Source of the DNA: Heptranchias perlo
Lineage: Eukaryota
Assembly (NCBI RefSeq): GCF_035084215.1
Contig: NC_090360.1
Location: forward strand, 14,880,001 to 14,944,000
Reading direction: 5' to 3'
DNA length: 64,000 bases
In this document: positions 38,571 to 50,625 of the stretch, piece by piece
Layout of the letters: every line of letters begins with the position of its first letter
Numbering within the stretch: the first letter of the stretch is position 1
Notes under the pieces: generated by a model
The model's input: the letters and a program-made list of their open reading frames with translations, nothing else
Databases searched by the model: none
What the model was told of the DNA's origin: nothing
Made by a program: the position numbers and the translations under genes

Positions 38571-40094
38571 GTTTTCCTACTGTGCCACTCAGTTCCCCAC
38601 ACTTTTATTTGTAACTTTATCAGAGTTATTTTTTGCTGTAAGATCAAAATAGGGGTTAAATAATGATCTAGGAGCAAACTGCTCTTCAAAAAGCTCTCTT
38701 GCACTGCTGGGCAAGATACAAGAAACAGCTTCTCATCTGACAGATGATCCCTCCCTCACCTCTAGCTCCTAACTGCACTCTCTCCATCACAACCTTTTCA
38801 GTCATTCTCTCTATTTTATCAATATTACTATCATTGCTCTTCTGAGCTTTCCTCTCTTGTTCCTCCTTATCGTCAAATACCATCCTACATGCTCCCTCTC
38901 CTCTTTACATCCTCAATGTGTTGAAACCAGGACTCGTTCCTACTCTTTCCAGGGACCTCATAACATTAGGATTCCTTTTCTCCCTCAGATTTTTATCATC
39001 TTGCAATCTTCAGCCTTTTAAAACCCAGGCTTGGCATTGCCTAGTCATTATCTCCTGATCTGTTTTCTCTTCTCTCCCGTTCTTTTTGACTTTAATGGTG
39101 GGCTCCAGTCCTTTGCCTTGGTTTCTCAATAAAAATAGATTTGGGCAGCTGTTATCGAACAAAGAAGGACAACTAAGAAAGAAGCAAACAGGGCTCAAGA
39201 AGAACTGTCGGATGACTACTGAGGAATAGATCATGATTATGATGAAGAAGACATCACAGAAATACTATCGCATATAAATCAGACATCAGCAGTACAAAAT
39301 GTCATGACACCACCTATAGTGCTTTGAAGAAGCAAGGCCATGAATACTCCCAGGAAAACAGCAATTAGTTTGTTAAGGAGGTAATTAATTATTAAATCGT
39401 TAATTTATTAATATATAATCATAAAGTTTTAACAATGATTGGAACTAGTATTCATATCAGTTTGAGTGTTGTGCTCATTCTAGGGCTTATGTACGATAGC
39501 ACTATTGAGCCTGGGGCCTCACAGTCTGATTAAATTGATCTCAGATGACAGCGCTTGAAAACCATATTGTGTTGGTGGTCATCGGGCCCACTTACACTGG
39601 AGTTACTTCACCTGGGAAACGCAGGCCTGTTACCTGGGCTTCATCAACACAGACACTCTGGGATAAATTTGTGCCTTCACCGCTGGGCAGAAAACTGGCA
39701 GAGTAAATTGTCCATCCTTTATGGAACCCGCTCCATTTTCTTGCCATCGATTCGTTGCCAAGAAGTATGCAGACCAATGCCACAAAATTCTAAAACTTGA
39801 AATTAGTCATAGTGTAAAACGCAGTACCATTATTTGAATTTTGTTCCATATTTGCCTGACACGCACTAATGCTCAGAGGGATGGATAAATATGCCTATAA
39901 ACCGATATCATAGATTTCAGGTCGGTTCATAACATAATTAATTATCAATAATCAAATTATCCTGGTCAGCTCCTTTTAAAGTTATATAAACCTAATGCAC
40001 AAGTGTAAAACATCCCCAATATTAGTTACAAAAATATTTTCATAAAAACATTTTTATTAGCCTGCATAATTTTTTAATGATTATTCTTGGATGT

Positions 40095-40930
40095 CAAGCC
40101 AAAAATTGAGATAATAGGATAGCTGACTAAAAGGTTGGGACAAGAGATGGATTTTAAGGAGGGCCTTAAAGGATGGAAGGGAGGTGGAGAGGCTGAAGGT
40201 TTTATAGAGGGAATTCCAGAGCATGGGGTCTAGGCGGCTGAAGGCATGGTGGGGCAAAGAGGGGGGAAGCACAAGAGGCTAGAGTTGGATGGATGGAGAG
40301 TTTGGTGGGGGTTGTAGGGCTGACAGAGATGGGGTGGGGGCAGGATTTAAACATGAGGATGAGAATTTTAAATTTGGGGTTTTGTCGGGACCTGTAGCCA
40401 ATGTAGGTCAGTGAGGACGCGGGTGATGGGTGAGCGAGACTGGAGGGGTGATTTTAAACCCCAAGAACGGGTGGGTTGGGGGCGGGTGGGAGATGAGAAT
40501 AGTTGTTTTTTGGGTCGCGACCGCAACCCGGCTTTATTTCCGGGTTTAACGTCAGCGCGGAAAAGTACAGGCTTCGCACTGGGAATGCAAAGTCCGAAAA
40601 TTTTGCGGTTGTGATCTAAAAAAAAAAAATTTTCAACTCCCACCCGCCCCCAACCCACCCGTTCTTGGGGTTTAAAATCACCCCCTTGGCGTGGGCAGCA
40701 TAGCTTTGCATGAGCAGAAGTGCGTGGAGGTTGGCGGATCGGAGGCCGGCCATGAGAACATTGGAATAATCAAGTCTGGAGGTGACAAAGGAATGAATGA
40801 GGGTTTCAATGTCAGTTGGGCTGAGGTAGGGGTGGAGGTGGGTGATGTTACGAAGGTTAAAGTAGGCAGTCTTTGTGATGGAGAACATATGCGGTCGGCA
40901 GCACAGCTTGAGGTTGAATAGGATGCCAAG
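40095..40930 (-). mobile_element. L2 LINE 3' fragment, split by a MITE
   Basis: SITKTAYFNLRNI...ETLIHSFVTSRLDYSN, SPITRVLTDLHWL, WNSL...FKALLKIHL. Confidence 0.88.
40444..40686. mobile_element. Young MITE with long TIRs (about 50 bp) nested in an L2 LINE
   Basis: GGGGTGATTTTAAACCCCAAGAACGGGTGGGTTGGGGGCGGGTGGGAG and its exact reverse complement. TGG on both flanks (3-bp TSD, Harbinger-type). Confidence 0.88.
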
Positions 40931-41221
40931 ATTGTAAAGCAGTGAACCTATTACTTAAGAAACATCTGAGGACTGAGCTGCAGTTTTATAGAGTGAGTTG
41001 GGTGAACTGATGTAACAACTGAGGAATTCTAAACAATATAGGTAAGCTTTGATTCGTATTCTGACTATGAACCTGATAGGATGTGGAATAAATAAGCTGA
41101 ATTAGGCTATCTAGCTGAGACGTCACTGAAACAGATATATGCCTGAGCTAAACTATTCAGCCAAAGAAAAGATGCCTTGTTGGAAAAAGGTTATGAGATC
41201 ACAATATGCAGCTGAAGTATA

Positions 41222-41711
41222 GGGCTAGATTTTACTGGTGTGGGACATCTCGTGGCCAGCCCTGTTTGTGCATGTTTAGGTTTTAAAATTTTTTTGCCCA
41301 CAAAGTTGGTGGAAGTGCGAGCTGATAATGGTGCAGCGAGGACAACAGGACATCTGGGACCTTGGTGAACAACAGGACAAACAGTGTATCTCCTTAATCA
41401 TTGAGATTGAAGGATTGAGAAATAAACAGAGGATGGTGAATTCGAGAGGGTCAATTCAATGTCAAGTCAGGTACAGAAGAGAAATAGAGAGGAAATGAAA
41501 GATTGGATTAAGAGAGAAAAAAGAAACAGAAAGGAAAGTAAGAAAAAGAAAAATTATTTCTCAATCCTTTAATCTCAATGATTAAGGAGATACACTGTTT
41601 GTCCCGTTGTTCACCAAGGTCCCAGATATCCTGTTGTCCTCGCTGCACCATTATCAGCTCGCACTTCCACCAACTTTGTGGGCAAAAAAATTTTTAAACC
41701 TAAACATGCAC
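41222..41711. repeat. Truncated copy of the 8894-9685 family ending in an inverted duplication (arms 41268-41425 and 41554-41711)
   Basis: 158-bp arms are reverse complements with about 4 mismatches, separated by a 128-bp purine-rich spacer. Confidence 0.9.
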
Positions 41712-44700
41712 GTACATGCATTTTTTATGAGCTACAAAATCAATTGCCAACCCCGACTGTAAACCTCATATTCCATTCTTAGCTGGATTGTTGGAAGGAA
41801 TGCAAAGTTTGGCAGTGGAGTACTCCACCTCACACTGAGTAGGAAAAACTGAAAGCATCATTCCATATGCAGAAATGTTTCCCCTGTCAATCAAGCATGG
41901 AGCAGTACTGATGGTGAACACAAAGAAATCTGTAGCCTTAACTTGACTGAAACAAATGAGCTTAGCAGCAAGGAAACTAAAACGAAAAAATATAAATAAA
42001 TGCTCCTTAATTGTCTGTTGTAGACTAATTGATAGAGATTGATTGCTATGATTAGTCAACAACTCCATTATTATTGTATCATGCAACAGCTAGGATAGTA
42101 GAAAACAAACTAAATGGACCTTGGTCTTTTCTTGTCTAGCAATTGCTATGTTGTTAATTCACCAGATCTTTTCATTGTCCAACAGATGCGATATTTTTGG
42201 AGATATTCTGAATATTTTCATGGCCTCCCTCTATATTTTTTAACATTGATTTTCTGATCATTTCTATTGTGTTTATCAGGAAGAGAGACGCCAGTGGTGT
42301 GGAATGGAACACTTTGCTCAGTTTTGGCAATCAGCATCCCCATCAAGCACTCTCGGGTCAGATATTTCATGGGCTAGATGCAGAGTAGAGTTCCCTACAC
42401 TGTGCCCCAATAATGTGAGAAGAGCATTTGTTAATGCAGCAATATGTATTTTTTCACTTATATTTTACCTGAGAATAAATGCCAATTTAGTGCCTATTTG
42501 TTGGCAACTTTGGTGCTGTAGATATGAATGTGGGTTGAAAATGCCCAAACTCATTTCAGGTAGGACCCTTACCGCAAAAGGAGAGGGAATGAATTGAAAT
42601 CAGTTCCCAGATGTGAAACAGCACCTATTGTGCCTGTAAATCCCCCGGAATGTATTTTTAACTCAAATTAACGGTATAATGTTAGCTTCATTTCAATGAC
42701 TTCAGATAAGAAAGGAAAAAATATCATCATCTAGTTACTATTGTTCTTGTCCACATCATTTTATTTTTCTGCAATTGCTCGTTAATTGAAACTCTGTTGT
42801 ATGAACAGTGGTATCAAAGAAATAAATGAAGAAAGACCATGTGATATATTCAATACAAAAAATGAACTAAATGCACTTACTGTGTAAAGAAGTGCTTTTT
42901 AATAGGTATCCCAATCCCCTTGGTTTTAATTAGGTCTCACAAAATATTGTTTGGAGTATCACACATTGTATATACAAAATAGCACATTTATGTTTTTATG
43001 TCTCTACCTAAATATTCAAAGCACTTTCACACTGAATGAGATCATTTCGAAGTACAACTCAATCCTTCGAGTGTCACAAAAGGAATTATTAAGATCTACT
43101 TGTTGGTTCCACAGATATTTGCCCCAGGGCCCTCGACATAATTATTCATTCAAATGTGAAAAGCCAGTGCTTGAATTAATTTTTAATATAAGCAGCATTT
43201 ACTGATCACTTCATCATGCATGTATTTTAACAGCAAAGTTTTTAATTGTAGACTTTGCCTTTAATTAAAATATATTGCCTAGTTTGCTTTCCCATTTAAA
43301 AAAAATTAAGCACAAGTAATGATTCTGAGTACGAGTTGAACATCTTATCCGCTGCTGCAAGTAAACTATCATTAAAACGTGACAGGAATTACAATCAAAT
43401 ATACCTTTTCTAGAAGGTAGTATATTTTCTGGTGTTTGCTCTGGAGCAGAACACAACTCGCTATAAAATCTACAGTCACACCATATGGGGGATCAGCAGT
43501 TAAAACATGGAGAAGTTCTTTTAAAACATCTGCCACAATTTTCTCCCCTCATTTCATTTCTTGAAGGCACTGACGTATACAAGAGTATGGTTTCGTGGGT
43601 CCTCTATATTCACGCTACCTCACCCAAGTGGCCAGTCTATCCTGGACAGTACACATCAGCAAGCTTTCAGTTGAGCTGGCCCTGATCTTGTCTCAGCTGA
43701 TGTTTCCACATGTGTATTTTCCAGCTGCAGCCAGTGGGCAACTATCAGGAACAGGATGATGTCTCTCCCTTTCTCTACCAGGGGTCCTGAGGTCAACTAT
43801 AGTGCATCTGTTGCCACTCTGTTTGAGATCTGCCATCTCAACACAGATTGGGGATCAAACCCCAGGCTTGCCTTCATCTGTACCATACTGGGCAGTGCAT
43901 ATATCAATCGAGGCATTTGTGAGCATAGAGGGGAAACTACTCTCGGTATGATGCTCATGGCCAAGGAATTATGTATAAATGATTGTCTATGGTTATGGCA
44001 CCATATCTGAAACTGATTTTAAAATGGACACTTTTGTTTCTGTTATTTGACAAGAATTATAACAGTGTTTTTTAACATACAATAATTTGGTTCTACTGAA
44101 ATAAAGCAATTTTTGTTTTATTAATGTGAAAGGCATTTAAATATGTCAGACATTTTTTAGTCTAATGATTTTAAGTTTGACACGTTGAAAATTAATTTCC
44201 ATTCATGCAAAATGCACTCATATGTTTGTTTTGTCTTTCTGTAACTTAGCTGCAATGTTAAGATGTATATTTTACATTAGGTTATACATTGCCCCATCCT
44301 TATCTGTCTTGGGGATCCTGCACAACACTTATTGAAATAACACTAATTGTTTATCGGCATTCTGGAGCAAGAATGAAATAATATTGATTTCTGGCCAAAC
44401 AGGGGCTCCATTAGCCCCAGGACCCCGTGCATGATTGATCTGTAGTTAATATTGGCACTGGTCATCTATTAGATAAAGATTGTAAATGTAATGGTATGAC
44501 ATTATTTTCAGAGCATAAAAATCATGTCAGACTGCCTGTGTATTATGAAGGAATGCAGCGTTTTTTAAAAATTCGTTCATGGGATGTGGGCCGCTGGCAA
44601 GGCCGGCATTTATTGCCCATCCCTAATTGCCCTTGAGAAGGTGGTGGTGAGCCGCCTTCTTGAACCACTGCAGTCCGTGTGGTGAATGTTCTCCCACAGT

Positions 44701-44870
44701 GCTGTTAGGAAGGGAGTTCCAGGATTTTGACCCAGCCTACGTCATTCCCCTTTCAGTTGTGATTTACTTCTAACTTAGAGAAACATTACACCACTTGCAA
44801 TACCAATGACAAAGTAATTAAACCCCTAAACCTTCTGAATTTAGACACAGATGATGCGTAAGAGACTCAA

Positions 44871-45058
44871 TGAGTGTAATTTTAACCTAACTTGCTGGGC
44901 GGGAAACCCATGGGATTGGATGGAACGCTGGTTTTACACTCTGACCAGTATTACTCTCTAATGATTTCAACAGAGAGTAAACTCGGGCGGAGAGTAAAAC
45001 CAGCAATGCACCTGATCCCATCAGTTTCCGATGGGAGGGTGAGGTTAAAATGAGCCCC
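44871..45058. mobile_element. Old palindromic MITE (similar smaller one at about 27260-27378)
   Basis: ATTTTAACCT and AGGTTAAAAT ends, internal TTTTACACTCTG and CGGAGAGTAAAA symmetry. Confidence 0.5.
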
Positions 45059-46429
45059 AATGTGTTTGCGTCTTATAAATGTTCGATTGCATTTGAGTAT
45101 TGCATGATGCTCCTCAGTACATTAGTTCTTCATAGCAACACTACAAGTACCATGGCATAGCCAACGTAGGACTGCCAACGTGATATAACTTTTCCGAAAT
45201 TAATCCTACCTGTATTTTATGTTGTGTTGAACCATCACAGCATAATTGATGTTTGTATAATGCATAAGACACTGTGAAAGGGACCAATATCATGCCAGAA
45301 TGTCTTGGAGGAACTTTATTTGGGACAGGTCCAATCCTATGGAGCCTCAGTATAATGAGCAGTTAATTAATCCCAACTGGTGCCCTGTTGAAGGGCAAAG
45401 ACTTGTGCATCTGTAGAAAGGGTTACCGTACAATTATTGAGTGGGTAGTTTGTCATTTACCAGCTGCAACTATAGCACCTTGTAGCCAAGTGGTCAGGGA
45501 CTAACTACAACACTTTTATTTTTATAAATGATACCTTTAATAAACAAATAGAAAGTGCCATGTTCACTGGCATTGATGCCATGTTACCTGGAGACAACTG
45601 TTACTTTTTGAAGACCTTCCATTTAACCAAGACCCTGGAGGCAGAGGTGATGAACAACACAACTTGCACCATCAGAAAATTATGTAAAAAAGAGGTACTG
45701 CTATGTGAAAGCTCTGTTCTTGTGACATTATAAGGTTGCCAGAGGTATGTGGTACACAGTGCAGCAGTGTTCTGATGGTCACTGTGCCAAGTTGGAACTC
45801 ATTGAGAACAAGTAGTCTTGAAATGCTGTAATTAATTATGTGAAACTAGGTCTTACCTGGAGTTTAATATTAAATACAGTTAGCATGAGTGCAGCTGACT
45901 GTGTGGTGAATGTTACAAGTAAAGTAAAAGTCATCATAAATGACAGGTCATTGAGGCCTGAGGTTGCTCTGTTTCTGGGAGAGGTCCACCAGAAAATGAG
46001 GGCCAAGAATGTATTACGATATGTGGAAATTCAACGAGAAAGACTGCTAAATTGCTGTAGACCAAACAACTTGCATGTGTATAGCACATTTAACATAGAT
46101 AAATGTTCCAAAATGCCTCACAGAGGCATAATGAAGAAATGGACGCCAAGCCAGAGAAGGAGATATTAGGAGGAGTGATCAAAAACTTGGTCAAAGAGGT
46201 GGGTTTAAGGAGGGTCTTAAAGGAGAAGAATGAAATGGAGGGGCAGAGGGGCTAAGAAAGGGAATTCTAGAGCACGGGGCACAGCATTTGCCCCTCAACC
46301 AGGTAGTTACAAGTCCAAACACTAATCATAACTGATGTTCAAACTCACTTACTCCCACTCAAAGAGCTTCACCATTTATGACTAACAACACAACAAAACA
46401 TTGCATAACAATGAACAAGACTATTAGTT

Positions 46430-46750
46430 ATGAGAGGTTGTTTCCCCTGGCTGGCAAGTCTAGAACTAGGGGGCATAGTCTCAGGATAAGGGGTCGGCCA
46501 TTTAAGACTGAGATGAGGGGGAATCTTTGGAATTCTCTCCCCCAGAGGGCTGTGGATGCTGAGTAATTGAGTATATTCAAGGCTGAGAAAGATAGATTTT
46601 TGGACTCTAGGGGAATCAAGGAATATGGGGATCAGGCAGGAAAGTGGAGTTGAGGCCAAAGATCAGCCATGATTTTATTGAATGGCGAAGCAGGCTCGAG
46701 GGGCTGTGTGGCCTACTCCTGCTCCTATTTCTTATGGTCTTATGTTCTTA
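46430..46750 (+). mobile_element. CR1 3' end
   Basis: LFPLAGKSRTRGHSLRIRG...WNSLPQRAV and (TTCTTATG) tail. Confidence 0.85.
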
Positions 46751-47299
46751 TATCCTATCCTGACTGCCAGGGATTGGCTGTAGTCATATTAGTACTCCTA
46801 TTGGAAAATGTTGCTAAATTCATGCAGGAAACAAGTTTTCTCTAGGGGAATGGTACACATTGCAAGCTTAGGATCTGTTCTCATTGTACCAAAGAGTAAG
46901 TGCAGTTGAATCAGAAGGTTGTAGGTTTAAGTCCCACTCCAGGACTTGAGCACAAATCTAGGCTGACGCTTCAGTCCAGCACTGAGGAAGTGTTCAGGTG
47001 GAGGTAAAAGATCACATGGCACTATTCGAAGAAGAGCACGAGAGTTCTCCTGGTGTGCTAACCACTAAAACAGATTAACAGGTCATTTATATCATTGCTG
47101 TTTGCGGAACCTTGCTGTGTTCAAAATGGCTGCCTCATTTGCCTACAACATAACAGTAACTACATTTCAAAAGTAATTCATTGACTATGAAACACTTTGG
47201 GGTGTCCTGAGGATGTGAAAGACATTATATTAATGCAGGTTTGTTCTTTCTGTAGTACAAGCACAGGACATTTATATTACCACTAAACATGCCTATTTT

Positions 47300-48359
47300 G
47301 GAGGTTGATTGCTCCAGAAATTGGTCTTTGCCCCGTTATGGTAGGTGAAGTCAGTTCCCAGGGTAACCAGAGAGATGATCAGCATTTGAAGTCCTGCCCT
47401 TTGTGGACAAGATTCCAGCCATGTATTGCTGAATACCAAACAGGATTACCCTGCCCCAATTCCTCTATCGTTTCAAGCCCCAGGATTTTCAGTGCAGCCT
47501 CCTCAAATATACTTAAGTTAAGAAAACGCAGGGCTGTACTCCTGTGCAGGTTTGCTCCTTTCTGTTGTGTGTCGTCTAACATAGGACTAGTTTTGAGATG
47601 TTGGAAATTTGAAGAACGCATAAAGTGTCACCAAAGTGCTTATCTTGACCATCTTGCATTCCAGCGTTTGCAAGCAAGTGAACATACATCATGCAGCTAA
47701 AGCATGTTGTGTAGGCTTGCCTCTACAGATGTTACTGCAATAAAAGTTCCAGTTTGATGCTTTAGTTAGAAATTGCTTTTCCTATGCAGTATGGGCATGC
47801 ATGTGAAGCTGAGAAAGATCTGTAAGGTTGTCTAAGTGCTTTGCATATGACCTCAATTGAGCTGTAAGGGAACTCCTTGTACTTTGCTCATCTACTGTGT
47901 ATATGACATTGTTGGATAACCTTACATGGGTTGATATTCTGAAAATAGCAAACTTCTTTCTCATCTGCTGCCGTGTTCTCTCAAATGTTCCTTTCTGCCA
48001 CCTGATCACATGCAGCTCAAATGACTCACCTGCAGAGAGGCTGCCCTTCAGTGCCAAACAGGACAAGCTTTCTTTAGTGCCCCTCTTGAAGGAATAGCTG
48101 CATTGCTGCATCATTGAAGGCTGCACCTTTGCTTTCCAGTGTTTGACTTACTGCCTGTCATCCTCTTAATGTATCTTAATGCTTTAAGAGCTGCAGTTTT
48201 GCTGGACTGCTCTCCTCCTCATTGAATGAATTCCAGGCAGTGGGCCCAATCCAGGCCAGTGGATATATAATTATGGTGTGAATTCCTAATTCACATGAGC
48301 ACAACGCTGGCAGTACATCGGTCCCAAAGGCCGAATATTGGGACCAAACATTCTATCCC
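47300..48359 (-). mobile_element. Decayed Harbinger Myb/SANT gene remnant
   Basis: AFNDAAMQLFLQEGH*RKLVLFGTEGQPL and RTRQQMRKKF, then a second exon-like block LSIFEEAALKILG. Confidence 0.65.
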
Positions 48360-49375
48360 ACAATTCCATAAAACATTATGGATGCTTTCCAAAAGTCTTC
48401 TTGAATTTCTCTTGCAATTTTATAATTATTTGTCTTGTTATCAATAATGCCGTATTTCAGGAATTTTATTGAAATTGACTACAGCGAAGGTTTGAGCTCA
48501 TTGTCAGGCATTCCATAATGGAAAATCATGAGGTAGAGTTACATATTTATGTATAATGAAGGCTTCTGAGATCGTTATAGAAACATAGAAAATAGGAGCA
48601 GGAATAGGCCACTCGGCCCTTCGAGCCTGCTCCGCCATTCAATATGATCATGGCTGATCCTCTATCTCAATACCATATTCCCGCTCATCAAGCTTGCGTC
48701 AACAGCACCTCCCAGCATCTTCCACCAAGAATGACAAAAACTGTAATATCATGGAGCACCATTACCTTTCTGTTACCGTGCAAGTAACACACCATCCTGA
48801 CTTGGACATATATCATCATTCTTTCATCATCGCTGGGTCAAAATCCAGGAATTCCTAACCTAACACCATCATGGATGTACTATCGCCACTAGGACTGCGG
48901 AGGTTCAAGAAGGTCCACCATTACCTTCTCAGGGCAACGAGGAATGGGCAATAAATATGGCCTTGTGAGTGTTGCCCACATCCCATAAACAAAATTTTAA
49001 AAACCCTCTGTGTGAAAACACTCCTTCTAACTTCCTCTTTTCTTCCAGTGATAATCCCAGCTCTATGCCCCCTCGTTACTAATTTACCAATCAGTGTAAA
49101 TAATCTTTAACTATTTCCCAGCTCAATACCTAGCATAGATTTCTAGACACAGAAGGCATCAAGGGGTATGGGGAAAGAGCAGGAATATGGTAATGAGATA
49201 GAGGATCAGCCATGGTCATATTGAATGGCGGAGCAGGCTCAAAGGGCCGAATGGCCTACTCCTGTTCCTATTTTCTATGTTTCTATTATATTGAAAATCT
49301 CTATTAGATCATTCCTTAACCTTCTGTGTTCATTGGAAAAGAAGCCTGAATTTATTTGAACCTTTCTTCATAACG

Positions 49376-49727
49376 ATATTAAGGTAGATAGTCAAAATCT
49401 TTTCCCAAAGGTAGGGGAGTCTATAACGAGGGGACATAGATTTAAGGTGAGAGGGGAGAGATACAAAAGGGTCCAGAGGGGCAATTTTTTCACTCAAAGG
49501 GTGGTGAGTGTCTGGAACGAGCTGCCAGAGGCAGTAGTAGAGGCGGGTACAATTTTGTCTTTTAAAAAGCATTTGGACAGTTACATGGGTAAGATGGGTA
49601 TAGAGGGATATGGGCCAAGTGCAGGCAACTGGGACTAGCTTAGTGGTATAAACTGGGCGACATGGACATGTTGGGCCGAAGGGCCTGTTTCCATGTTGTA
49701 AACTTCTATGATTCTATGATTCTATGA
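49376..49727 (+). mobile_element. Young CR1 3' end with (ATTCTATG)n tail
   Basis: RGNFFTQRVVSVWNELP...FKKHLD C-terminus and octamer repeat tail. Confidence 0.88.
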
Positions 49728-50625
49728 TAACCTCACATTCTTGGTATTATTCTTGTAAGTCTTTGCTGTACTCTTTCCACGGCTCGAATATCCTTCCTAT
49801 AATGAAGGACCCAGAACTATATGCAATACTTGATCTGTGGCCTAACTGGTCTTGTACAAATTCAAACATAGCATCATAAAAACAGGAGTAGGCCATTCAG
49901 CCCCTCGAGCCTGTTCCGCCATTCAATTAGATCATGACTGATCTGTACCTCAACTCGATTTATCTGCCTTTTCTCCATATCCCTTAACTTTTACTCCATA
50001 TCCCTTAAAACATCACTTCCTTGATTATATATTCAATGTGCCTATGTAGAAACTCAGAATCCCATTTTGCCATTTCTATAGCCTTTACTAACTGCATTCT
50101 GCCTTTGATGATCTCTGTCTCTGAACCATTACATCTCTCTGTTCCTCCACTCTGTTAAGAATTTTACCATTTAGATACTTTCCTTTTTCCCCATAAGGTA
50201 CGACTTAGCTGCCACTTATTTGCCAACTCTGTAAACATGTCTATGGCATTCTGCAATTTCCTGCATTCTTCCTCACAATTTTCCATGCCCCCTATCAACA
50301 CATCATTCTTCTTGTGCCTTTATCCAAATCATTTATATAAATGAAAAGCAAAAGAAGTTTCAGCCCAATCCCTGGAGCAATACGCCAGCCATATCCATCC
50401 AATGTGAAAAACATCCAATTACCCCTACATTTTGCCTTTTGTCCCCTAGCCATCTCTCTATCCAAGTAGCTACTTTCTCTTTGATGCCATGTGCCTGAAT
50501 TTTAGTAACAAATCTCTCATGTGGCACCTTATCAAATGCCTTCTGAAAATCAATATATACATCGACCTTATCTCCTTTATCTATGCACTCGATGATTTCC
50601 TCCAAAAATTCAATTGTTAATCTAG
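49728..50625 (-). mobile_element. CR1 LINE reverse-transcriptase remnant, part of a nested CR1 cluster at 48575-50625
   Basis: IDKGDKVDVYIDFQKAFDKVPHERFVTKI...WLGDKRQNVGV CR1 RT motif. Interrupted by younger CR1 3' ends. Confidence 0.88.
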
